Below, piece by piece: positions 28,663 through 37,604 of a stretch of 64,000 nt of DNA. The notes under the pieces are model-generated. The model worked only from the letters and a program-made list of their open reading frames with translations, searched no databases and was not told the DNA's origin. The DNA comes from Candidatus Marinacidobacterium sp. GTDB taxonomy: Bacteria > Acidobacteriota > Vicinamibacteria > Marinacidobacterales > Marinacidobacteraceae. The translations under genes were made by a program, and so were the position numbers. Location: contig OZ251549.1 in NCBI GenBank assembly GCA_965243415.1, forward strand, positions 4,311-68,310, written 5' to 3'. Positions within the stretch are counted from its first letter, which is position 1; each line of letters begins with the position of its first letter.

Positions 28663-29170
28663 GCCCGGGCCGACCGGCCCCCCGCCGGGAGCCGATCCGG
28701 AGCGGCGCCGGTCGCGGGAACGGGCGGTCGCGAAACCGGGAACCGCGCGGCGGTCACGGGCGCGCCGGGTGGACGCGTCGTGCCCGGTCGGCCCTCCCGA
28801 GCGGGTCTCACCGCCTACTTGGAGTCCCGCACCGCCCCGCTCACGCGCCCCCGGTGAGCGAGGCGGGTCCCGGCGAACAGCGGACTGGAAACCCTCCGCC
28901 GCACCTGCTCCTGAGTCCGGCCCCCCCCCGGGAGCCGATCCGGAGCGGCGCCGGTCGCGGGAACGGGCGGACGCGGAACCGGGAACCGCGCGGCGGTCGC
29001 GGACGCGCCGGGTGGACGCGTCGTGCCCGGTCGGCCCTCCCGAGCGGGTCTCACCGCCTACCGGGAGTCCCGCACCGCCCCGCTCACGCGCCCCCGGTGA
29101 GCGAGGCGGGTCCCGGCAATGGGCGGGCCTGGAAACCCTCCGCCGCACCTGCTCCTGAGCCCCGGGCCGA
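28630..29170. repeat. Tandem ~250-bp duplication: three copies of the LLM gene 3' end with two near-identical spacers
   Basis: CTGGAAACCCTCCGCCGC(G/A)CCTGCTCCTGAG at ~28634, ~28885 and ~29130. Confidence 0.9.
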
Positions 29171-29181
29171 GGCGCCCGGCG

Positions 29182-29430
29182 TCAGTCGGCTCGGCGGCGC
29201 GCCCACTCCACGGCGTCGCGGACCTCGGATTCCGTGAGGCCCCGTTCCGCGACCTTCTTCCGGATCCGGTCGATCTTCTCGGTCTCCACCGGCCGCCGGG
29301 GCTTCAGCCGGATCCCGGCCTCCGTCCGTACGACCTCGAAGTTCTCGACCCCGGGGAAGTCCCCGAGGACGCTCTTCGGCAGGGCCGATTCCTTCTCGGC
29401 AGCAAGTTTCGCAGGGAGTTTCGCGGGCAT
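29182..29430 (-). CDS. AbrB/MazE/SpoVT-family antitoxin-like protein (orphan)
   Basis: LPKSVL..FEV..GIRLKP..RKKVAERGLTESEVRDAVEWAR resembles AbrB antitoxins paired with PIN toxins. Confidence 0.6.
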   Translation of the reverse strand: MPAKLPAKLAAEKESALPKSVLGDFPGVENFEVVRTEAGIRLKPRRPVETEKIDRIRKKVAERGLTESEVRDAVEWARRRAD

Positions 29431-29539
29431 GGGATCACCTCGGGGCGGGCAGAACGGGGAAGCGGGGAAGCAAGATATCGCGCCCGGCCGGGCGCCGGCG
29501 GCGCGTTGTCCGCGGCGCCTCGGGGGCACCGGTCGTCGT

Positions 29540-31834
29540 TCAGCGCCGGTCGCGGCGGAGGAGCGCGGCGGCGCCGTCGTCCCGGGGCGGGGTGACGACC
29601 CCGATCCGCGCCGCCGGGACGCCGGCTTCGGCGAGCGCGGCGCGGAACGCCTCCTCCCGGGCCGGGGGAACGGCGGCCAGGAACCCGCCGGCGGTCTGCG
29701 GGTCGAAGAGCAGTTCGTACCGCGGATGCGCGGACACGCCGTCCTCGACCCGCATCCCGCGGACGATCCGGCGGTTCTCCGCGTGGGCGGTGCTGCGGAG
29801 GCCGGACGCCAGCAGCGCCTCCGCCCCGGGGAGGGCCGGGAGTTCCGACACCCACACCTCCGCCGAGACCCCGCTGGCCCGCAGCATCTCCGCCAGGTGC
29901 GAAGCCAGCCCGAACCCGGTGACATCCGTCGCCGCACCGAGACCGCAGGAGACCGCCGCCCGGGCCGCCGCCTCGTTCGGCCGCACCATCTGCGCCGCCG
30001 CCGCCTCCAGCCAGGCCCCGCGCCCGCGTCCGAGCCTCACGCCCCGCAGCACCACGCCGACGCCCAGTCTCTTCGTGAGCCACAACCCGTCTCCCGGCGC
30101 GGCCCCGTCGAGCGTCAGCAGGTCGTCCCCCAGCGGGTGGCCTTCGACAGCGAACCCGACGGTGAGTTCCGGGCCGACGGTGGTGTGCCCGCCGAGCAGC
30201 GCCACGCCCCGTTCGTCGAAGAGCGACCGCGCCCCGGCGAGCAGTTGGAACAGCGACTCCGCCCGCTCTTCCCGGGGTTCCTCCTCCGGCAGACACACCA
30301 GCGCGGTGGCGTAGCGCGGCGCCGCGCCGGTGGCGAAGAGGTCCGAGAGCGCGTTCGCCGCCGCCGCCTTCCCCACCAGCCAGCGGTCTTCGCTGAACGC
30401 CCGGAACCAGTCCACGCTGCTCACCACCGTGTCCCCGCCGGGAGTGACGAAAGCGGCGGCGTCGTCCGGCTGGCCCAGTCCCAGGCGCACGCCGCCGGCC
30501 GCGCTCATCGAAGGCCGCGCCCCGGGGCCCAGTTCCTCCCGCAGCCGCCCCAGCGCCTCGTCCAGCGTGGTCTGCCCGGCCTTCGCCGCGCAGCCGCCGC
30601 AGAGCATCGCGTCCATCGCCCCGGTGTCCATCCGGGAGAACGCCGCGGCGGTGGCGTCTCCCTCGTCGAGGACCTGGAACTTCTCCATGAACCGGCGGTC
30701 GATCCGGTCCTTCCAGCGCATCACCCACTCCCCCTCGAACGACCGCCCCCACTTGGCGCCGAGCGCCGCGCCGTCCCCGAGGTTGAGCAGCGTCAGGAAA
30801 TCGCGCTGGGGCCGGTAGCGGGTCAGCGGCCGCCCGGCCACCGCCCGGCGCAGGTTCTCGGAGAGGAAGGGCCCCTGGCGCACCGCGTACACCCCGGCCT
30901 TCGGCGTGTCCGGCCAGTCGGCGAGGGTGGCGCAGTCGCCCACCGCGAAGATCCGGTCGTCCCCGACCGTCTGCAGCGTGGGGCGGGTGAGGACGAAACC
31001 CCGGTCGTCGAGCGGCAGGCCGGACTCCCGGAGCGTCTCCCGGCTCCCGGCGCCGACCGCCCAGACCAGCGCGTCGGCGGGCAGCGTCTCCCCGCCCCGG
31101 AGCGTGACGCTGCCGGCCGCCGCCTCGGCCACTTCCGCCCCGGTGCGGATACGGATCCCCCGGGCCGCCGCCTGCCGCCGGGCGCGGGCCGCGAGCGAGG
31201 CGGGGAAGCCGGTCAGGATCTCCGCCTGGGCCTGGAGCAGCGTGACCCGGAGCGACCGGGCCGGCTGGGAGACTCCCTTCCCGTCGCGCCGGAGCCGCTC
31301 GCGCAGGGTGAAGGCCAGTTCGACGCCCCCGGCGCCGCCCCCGGCGACGACCACCTCGAAGGGGCGGGCGGGGTCGCCGTCGAGGAAGGCCTCGGAGACC
31401 GATTCGATCTCGGCGACCAGCCGGGAGATGGGGCGGGTGGCGCAGGCGTGGGCGCGCACCCCGGGCAGGTCGAGCCCGGCCACGGTGCTGCCGATGTCGA
31501 AGGAGCAGAAGTCGTACGCCAGCGGCGCGCGGCCTTCGAGCAGCACCCGGCGGCGGCGCGGGTCCACCCCGATGGCCGGCGTGAGCACCACTTCGGCCCC
31601 GGCCAGCCGGGCGAGGGGGACCACATCGATCTCCAACTCCGGGGCCCGGTACTGCCGCGCCACGAACCCCGGCACCATCCCCGAGTAGATCGCCACCGGG
31701 GTGTCGAGCACGACGGTGACCCGCGCCTCCGGCCAGGGGCGCATCATCATCGCCCGCAGCACCTGGACCTGGGAGTGGCCGCCGCCGACGAGCACCACCC
31801 GGGGGCGGGCGGGGACAGCGGCGGGAGGCGGCAT
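29540..31834 (-). CDS. selD: Selenide,water dikinase fused to an N-terminal FAD-dependent oxidoreductase
   Basis: VVLVGGGHS, YSGMVPG, GGGAGGVE, FAVGDCA; then CGGCAAK, DDAA, ANALSD, GGHT, TDVTGFGL, DPQTAGG. Confidence 0.92.
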   Translation of the reverse strand: MPPPAAVPARPRVVLVGGGHSQVQVLRAMMMRPWPEARVTVVLDTPVAIYSGMVPGFVARQYRAPELEIDVVPLARLAGAEVVLTPAIGVDPRRRRVLLEGRAPLAYDFCSFDIGSTVAGLDLPGVRAHACATRPISRLVAEIESVSEAFLDGDPARPFEVVVAGGGAGGVELAFTLRERLRRDGKGVSQPARSLRVTLLQAQAEILTGFPASLAARARRQAAARGIRIRTGAEVAEAAAGSVTLRGGETLPADALVWAVGAGSRETLRESGLPLDDRGFVLTRPTLQTVGDDRIFAVGDCATLADWPDTPKAGVYAVRQGPFLSENLRRAVAGRPLTRYRPQRDFLTLLNLGDGAALGAKWGRSFEGEWVMRWKDRIDRRFMEKFQVLDEGDATAAAFSRMDTGAMDAMLCGGCAAKAGQTTLDEALGRLREELGPGARPSMSAAGGVRLGLGQPDDAAAFVTPGGDTVVSSVDWFRAFSEDRWLVGKAAAANALSDLFATGAAPRYATALVCLPEEEPREERAESLFQLLAGARSLFDERGVALLGGHTTVGPELTVGFAVEGHPLGDDLLTLDGAAPGDGLWLTKRLGVGVVLRGVRLGRGRGAWLEAAAAQMVRPNEAAARAAVSCGLGAATDVTGFGLASHLAEMLRASGVSAEVWVSELPALPGAEALLASGLRSTAHAENRRIVRGMRVEDGVSAHPRYELLFDPQTAGGFLAAVPPAREEAFRAALAEAGVPAARIGVVTPPRDDGAAALLRRDRR

Positions 31835-32343
31835 CGGCGGGCCGCCGGGAGTATGTGCGACCGGCGGGTATCGCCACCGGTGGAGGCCGGTCGGCTCCAT
31901 GGGCGGCAGCGATGGCCCGCCGGGAGCGGGTGCGACCGGTCGAGCGCGGCTTTTTCTGCGGGCGATCCCCGTTCCGGCGCGCCCGCCCGCCGGTCGGCGT
32001 CGCCGCGGGGCGCCTTCGGGCGGCAGCGCGCCGCCGCTCCTTCGCGCCCGGGGCGCCGGGGCCGGACCGGAAGCGCCGGCCCGGAGGGCAACGGGATCGA
32101 GCTTCGCGCCCGGGCGGCGCCGGGACCGGGCCCGAAGGGAAGGCCTCGGCTTCGCGACCGGCGCGCCGGGGCCGGACCCTCCTTCGCGGTTCCACTCGAA
32201 ACCGTCGCCGGGGAACCGCGCCCCCGACGCGCCGCTGCCGGACTCGGCCCGTCCGCCGAACCGCCCCGCCGGCGCCCGACCCCCACCGGCGCATCCTCTG
32301 CCGGCCCCGTCCCCGCCGCCGCTGTCTCCAGCCGGCGCCATCT

Positions 32344-33693
32344 CCCGCGGGCGCCATCCCCGCCGGCGCCGGCCCCTGTCGGCGCCATCCCGGCCCGAAG
32401 AGGGCGCCGGCCGGCGTCGTCGGCGCCGCTTCGGGGTGCTCCGCGCGCGGACCGACCTGCCGTTGGCCGATGACCGCGAGACGGAGTCTGCGTCGCCGGC
32501 GCGCGGCTCCGCGTCCCCCGGGCGCCGGAGTTCCGGCCCGGGGAGCGCCCTCCCGGCGGCGCCCGGAATCGAGGGTTCGTCGCGCCGCGAGGAACCGTCG
32601 GGCGGCAACGACCCGCGGGCGCCGTCCCCTGCCCGTGCCTCCCCTGTCGGCGCCGTCCCGGCCCGAAGAGGGCGCCGGCCGGCGTCGTCGGCGTCGCTTC
32701 CGGGTGCTCCGAGCGCGGACCGACCTGCCGTTGGCCGATGACCGCGAGGCGGAGTTCGCGTCGCCGGCGCGCGGCTCCGCGTCCCCCGGGCACGGGAGTT
32801 CCGGCCGGGGAGCGCCCTCCCGGCGGCGCCCGGAATCGAGGGTTCGCCGCGCCGCGAGGAACCGTCGGGCGGCAACGACCCGCGGGCGCCGTCCCCTGCC
32901 CGTGCCTCCCCTGTCGGCGCTGTCCCGGCCCGAAGAGGGCGTGGGTCCGCGTCGTCGGCTCCGCTCCCGGGTGCTCCGAGCGCGGACCGACCTGCCGTTG
33001 GCCGATGACCGCGAGACGGAGTCCGCGTCGCCGGCGCACGGCTCCACGTCCTCCGGGGCGCGGGAGTTCCGGCCCGGGGAGCGCCCTCCCGGCGGCGCCC
33101 GGGATAGAGAGTTCGCCGCGCCGCGAGGAACCGTCGGCCGGCAACGACCCGCGGGCGCCGTCCCCTGCCCGTGCCTCCCCTGTCGGCGCTGTCCCGGCCC
33201 GAAGAGGACGCCGGCCGGCGTCGTCGGCGTCGCTTCGGGGTGCTCTGAGCGCGGACCGACCTGCCGTTGGCCGATGACCGCGAGGCGGAGTCCGCGTCGC
33301 CGGCGCACGGCTCCGCGTCCGCCGGGCGCGGGAGTTCCGGCCCGGGGAGCGCCCTCCCGGCGGCGCCCGGAATCGAGGGTTCGCCGCGCCGCGAGGAACC
33401 GTCGGGCGGCAACGACCCGCGGGCGCCGTCCCCTGCCCGTGCCTCCCCTGTCGGCGCCATCCCGGCCCGAAGAGGGCGCCGGCCGGCGTCGTCGGCGTCG
33501 CTCCGGGTGCTCCGGGCGCGGACCGACCCTGCCCTCCGCCGATGGTCGCGACGCGGAGGTCGCGTCGCTGCCGCCCGGCTCCGCATCCCTCCGGGGCGCG
33601 GGAATTCCGGCCCGGGGAGCGCCCACCCGGCGGCGCATAGAATCGGGGGTTCGCCGCGCCGCGAGGAACCGTCGGGCGGCAACGACCGCGGGC
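32344..33693. repeat. Five tandem copies of a ~268-bp GC-rich unit
   Basis: CCCGCGGGCGCC..CCCCTGTCGGCG..GGCCCGAAGAGG units start at ~32344, 32612, 32879, 33148 and 33416; sixth start at ~33686. Confidence 0.92.
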
Positions 33694-33723
33694 CTCCGAG
33701 CCCAGCGACGAGGAGCCATCGTC

Positions 33724-35328
33724 ATGAGCATTCCTTCGATCCGGAACCGGGCCGACGAACCGCGGGAGCGCCGCCTTCCCGCTTCCGGGTGCGCCGCCGC
33801 CGCGCTCGCCCTCCTCTTCACCGCCGGCTGCGGCGGGGGCACGGAGGAGACCCCGACGGAGATGGAGGAGATGACGCTCGAAGAGAGCCTCGTCGCCCGC
33901 GCCGCCGGGTTCGAGTTGGACACCGAGCGCATTCCCCCGCCCGGGGACTTCATCGAGCACGAAGCCGCCGGTTTCGCCAAGGTCCTCTGCTCCGCGGTCT
34001 TCCTCACCGGCCTGGACTTCGAGGCCGCGCAGGAGCAGATCGGGGGTTTCACCGCCCGCTACCGGTACCGCGACCGACTCACCGGCCGCGAGATAGACCT
34101 GGAGAACCGGCGCGTCCACATCACGACGGACACCGGCGTGACCCGCACCGCGGTCCTCCACGGCGACCAGGGCTGCGTCGCCCTCCCGAAGGGCGAGGAC
34201 GCCCCCTTCTACGAGACCGTGCCGGTTACCACGACGGTAGATCAGGACGACCCCTGGCCGATGGGCGACGCCCTTCCCGAAGAGCCGCTGCCGGACGAGG
34301 TGGACGGCGCCAAACTCGAAGCTGCCGTGGACGCCGCGTTCGAGGAAGGCGCGATGACCCTGGCCTTCGTGGTGCTGCACCGGGGCCGGCTCGTCGCCGA
34401 GAGATACCGCGAAGAGGACGGGATCACGAAGGACACGCCGCTCGAGAGTTGGTCCATGAACAAGAGCCTCTCGGCGACGCTCCTCGGCGTCCTCATCCAG
34501 AAGGGCGTCTATGAACTCGACCAGATCGCGCCCATCGCCGCCTGGCACGAAGACCCGGAGGACCTGCGCGGCACCATCCGCATCCGCGACATCCTGCAGA
34601 TGGCGAGCGGCCTCCGCTGCGTGAACGCCGGCGACCCCGAGTACGACGAAGCGACGATGGGGTATCCCGACCACCTCTACCTCTACACCGGCACCGTGGA
34701 TTCGCACCTCTGGGCGGTGGACCGGCCGGCGCAGTGGCCGCCGAACACCGTGGGCCGTTACCGCAACTGCGACCCGGTGCTCACGAACCACCTGGTCCGA
34801 CTGGGCGTCGAAGGCGAACTCGAGGAGAACTACCACCAATTCCCGCAGCGCCACCTCTTCGACAAGATCGGCGCCGCCCGTTTCGTCGCCGAGGGCGATC
34901 CCTACGGCAACTTCCTGCTGAACGGCTACGGCTTCGGCGCCGGCCGCACCTGGGCGCGCCTCGGCCAGTTGTATCTCGACGACGGCGTCGCCCCCACCGG
35001 TGAACGGGTGCTGCCGGAAGGCTTCGCCGAGTTCGTGAGCACCGTCGCTCCTTCATGGGAAGCGGACGGCCGGCCCATCTACGGCGGTCTCTTCTGGATC
35101 AACAACCCGCCCCGCGGCGGCGAAAAGCGCTTCCCGGCGCTCCCGAACAGCGCCTACAGCATGGCCGGCGCCGGCGGGCAGAGCACGATCATGGTGCCGA
35201 CGCACGAAATGGTCATCGCGCGCCTCGGCCTCTACCAGGGCTCGCTCGACGGCAGCGCCAACCGCGCCCTCCAGAACGCCCTCGGCCTGCTGATGGAGGC
35301 CATCCCGCCGGCCGCCGCCGGCAACTGA
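33724..35328 (+). CDS. Serine hydrolase (beta-lactamase class C-like) lipoprotein
   Basis: Lipobox TAGC, SxxK in SWSMNKS, LQMASGL, YxN in RYRN, MAGAGGQ; GAGGAG RBS. Confidence 0.88.
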   Translation: MSIPSIRNRADEPRERRLPASGCAAAALALLFTAGCGGGTEETPTEMEEMTLEESLVARAAGFELDTERIPPPGDFIEHEAAGFAKVLCSAVFLTGLDFEAAQEQIGGFTARYRYRDRLTGREIDLENRRVHITTDTGVTRTAVLHGDQGCVALPKGEDAPFYETVPVTTTVDQDDPWPMGDALPEEPLPDEVDGAKLEAAVDAAFEEGAMTLAFVVLHRGRLVAERYREEDGITKDTPLESWSMNKSLSATLLGVLIQKGVYELDQIAPIAAWHEDPEDLRGTIRIRDILQMASGLRCVNAGDPEYDEATMGYPDHLYLYTGTVDSHLWAVDRPAQWPPNTVGRYRNCDPVLTNHLVRLGVEGELEENYHQFPQRHLFDKIGAARFVAEGDPYGNFLLNGYGFGAGRTWARLGQLYLDDGVAPTGERVLPEGFAEFVSTVAPSWEADGRPIYGGLFWINNPPRGGEKRFPALPNSAYSMAGAGGQSTIMVPTHEMVIARLGLYQGSLDGSANRALQNALGLLMEAIPPAAAGN

Positions 35329-36491
35329 TGCGCCGCCCGGAACTGCGCGCCCTCGCGGCGGCCCGGTTCGCCGCCGCCGCCGCGCTGCTGTTCGCGGGAG
35401 CGGCGGGCGTTTCCGCGCAGCCCGAGAACGCCGACACCGCCGCCCCGCTGCCGCTGGAACGCCTGGAGTTGCCGCCCGGTTTCGAGATCTCGGTCTGGGG
35501 CCGGATCCCCGGCGCCCGCTCGCTGACCCTCGGCGACGGCGGCACGGTCTTCGTCGGCACCCGGGACGCGAACGGCAGCGTGTACGCCATCGCCGACCAC
35601 AACGGCGACCACCGCGCCGACGAAGTCCATACCCTCGCCGGGCCGCTGTTCATGCCGAACGGCGTCGCTTTCCGCGACGGGTCGCTCTATGTGGCCGAAG
35701 TGAACCGCATCCTCCGCTTCGACGACATCGAACGGCGTCTGGAGAACCCCGGCGAACCCGCCGTGGTGACGACGGATCTGCCGGACATGCGCCACCACGG
35801 CTGGAAGTTCATCGCCTTCGGCCCCGACGGCTACCTCTATGTGCCGGTCGGCGCCCCCTGCAACCGCTGCGACTCGGTGAACCCGCTCTTCGCCTCCATC
35901 GCCCGGATGCGCCCCGACGGCAGCGGCCTCGAAGTCGCCGCCCGGGGCGTCCGCATGTCCGTCGGTTTCGACTGGCACCCGGACACCGGCGAGATGTGGT
36001 TCACCGACAACAACCCGGACTGGCTCGGCGACGACAACCCGCCCGGCGAGATGAACATCCTCACCGGGATCGGCCAGCACTTCGGCTATCCCTACTGCCA
36101 CGCCGGCGAAGTCGCGGACCCCTGGTACGGCCGGGAGCGCGACTGCTCCGAGTTCGTCCCGCCGACGCAGCAACTGGGCCCGCATGTGGCCGCCATCGGC
36201 ATGACCTTCTACCGGGGCGACGCCTTCCCCGAGGAGTACCGGGGGCAGGCGTTCGTCGCCGAACACGGCTCCTGGAACCGCAGCGAACGGATCGGCTACC
36301 GGGTGACGCTCGTCCGGGTGGAGGACGGGCGCGCCTCCGCCTACGAGGACTTTGCCACCGGCTGGATCGGGGAACCGGACGAACGCGCCTGGGGCCGCCC
36401 GGTGGACCTCCTGGAACTCCCCGACGGCTCCCTCCTCCTCTCCGACGACCGCGCCGACGCGATCTACCGGATCTCCTGGGCCGGGCACTGA
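35328..36491 (+). CDS. Glucose/sorbosone dehydrogenase (beta-propeller) family
   Basis: LPPGFEI, HHGWKFIAFGPDG, GFDWHP, AEHGSWNR, GRPVD; TGATG coupling. Confidence 0.88.
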   Translation: MRRPELRALAAARFAAAAALLFAGAAGVSAQPENADTAAPLPLERLELPPGFEISVWGRIPGARSLTLGDGGTVFVGTRDANGSVYAIADHNGDHRADEVHTLAGPLFMPNGVAFRDGSLYVAEVNRILRFDDIERRLENPGEPAVVTTDLPDMRHHGWKFIAFGPDGYLYVPVGAPCNRCDSVNPLFASIARMRPDGSGLEVAARGVRMSVGFDWHPDTGEMWFTDNNPDWLGDDNPPGEMNILTGIGQHFGYPYCHAGEVADPWYGRERDCSEFVPPTQQLGPHVAAIGMTFYRGDAFPEEYRGQAFVAEHGSWNRSERIGYRVTLVRVEDGRASAYEDFATGWIGEPDERAWGRPVDLLELPDGSLLLSDDRADAIYRISWAGH

Positions 36492-37604
36492 TGTCCGAGC
36501 CCGCCGGTCGGATCGAGCCGGCGCCCGCCGCCGGGGAGCCGCGGCCACGGAGGCACCGACTGGAGCACGGGGAACCCTCGGGCGGCCGGGAGGAGCCGGA
36601 GGACGCTTCGGTCCCGGAGGGTCTCGCACTCGATCCGATCGCCGCCGAGGACGACGACCGGCGGAGTTCCCTTTCCCCGAGCCGCGCCTCCACCTATCCC
36701 GCGGACTTCTCCCTGGAGTCCCTGCACCGGAAATGGCGGGACGGGGAGATCGAGGTTCCCGACTTCCAGCGAGGCTTCGTCTGGGATCGAACCCAGGCGA
36801 GCCGCCTCGTCGAGTCCTTCCTGCTGGGTCTTCCGGTTCCGGCGATCTACCTCTACAACGAGCGGGGCAGCGACCGATACCTGGTCATAGACGGCCAGCA
36901 GCGGCTCCGCAGCGTTTTCTTCTATTTCGAGGGGCACTTCCCCGCCCGACGCGGCGGAGCGGCTCCCGGCGCGGAACCGGCGAACGGTCCGGACTTCCGT
37001 CTGGTCGGTCTTTCCCCGTCGAGTCTCTTCCGGGGCTGCACTTTCGACGCGCTGCCGGACTGGGATCAGCGGCGACTCCGCAACCGGGTGCTCCGCGCCT
37101 ACATCGTCCGACCGGAGGACCCGAACGACGACACCAGTCTCTACGACCTGTTCGAGCGACTGAACACCGGGGGCACCCGCCTCGAGAACCAGGAGATCCG
37201 CCACTGCATCTACCGCGGTCCCTTCGTGGACCTCCTGGACGACCTCAACGGGCTCCCTTCCTGGAGAGCGATCCTCGGCCGGGAGACGCCGGACCGGCGG
37301 CGGCGGGACACCGAATTGATCCTCCGGTTCTTCGCCCTGCGCTCTCCCGACGAGTACCGGAAGCCGATGAAGCAGTTCCTCTCGCAGTACCTGGCCCGGA
37401 ACCGCCACGCGCCGACGGCGACCCTCCTGGCGAACGGAAACTCCTTCTCGACCACCTGTGACGCCGTGGTCGCGTCTCTCGGCGACCGCCCGTTCCACCG
37501 CCGGGGCCTCCTCAATGTGGCGGTACTGGACTCGGTCCTGGTCGCTTTCGCGCACCATCTCGCTGCCGTCCCGGACGACATCCGCGCCCGCTATGAAACC
37601 CTGA
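36491..37604 (+). pseudogene. DUF262 (ParB-like/GmrSD N-terminal) protein, 5' part, interrupted by IS1634
   Basis: PDFQRGFVW, ESFLLGLPVP, IDGQQRL, FERLNTGG; frame resumes after the IS. Confidence 0.85.

Noticed and set aside
28630-29170. Three ~32-bp direct repeats as a CRISPR array or att sites
   Set aside because: Spacers are ~220 bp and copies of each other; no cas or integrase gene; the repeat is the gene's own 3' end
30570-30620. Selenocysteine (UGA) in the SelD active site
   Set aside because: The motif is CGGCAAK with Cys codons and no in-frame TGA
32344-33693. 268-bp array as CRISPR or a repeat-protein gene
   Set aside because: No unique spacers; the unit is not a multiple of 3 and the frame shifts between copies
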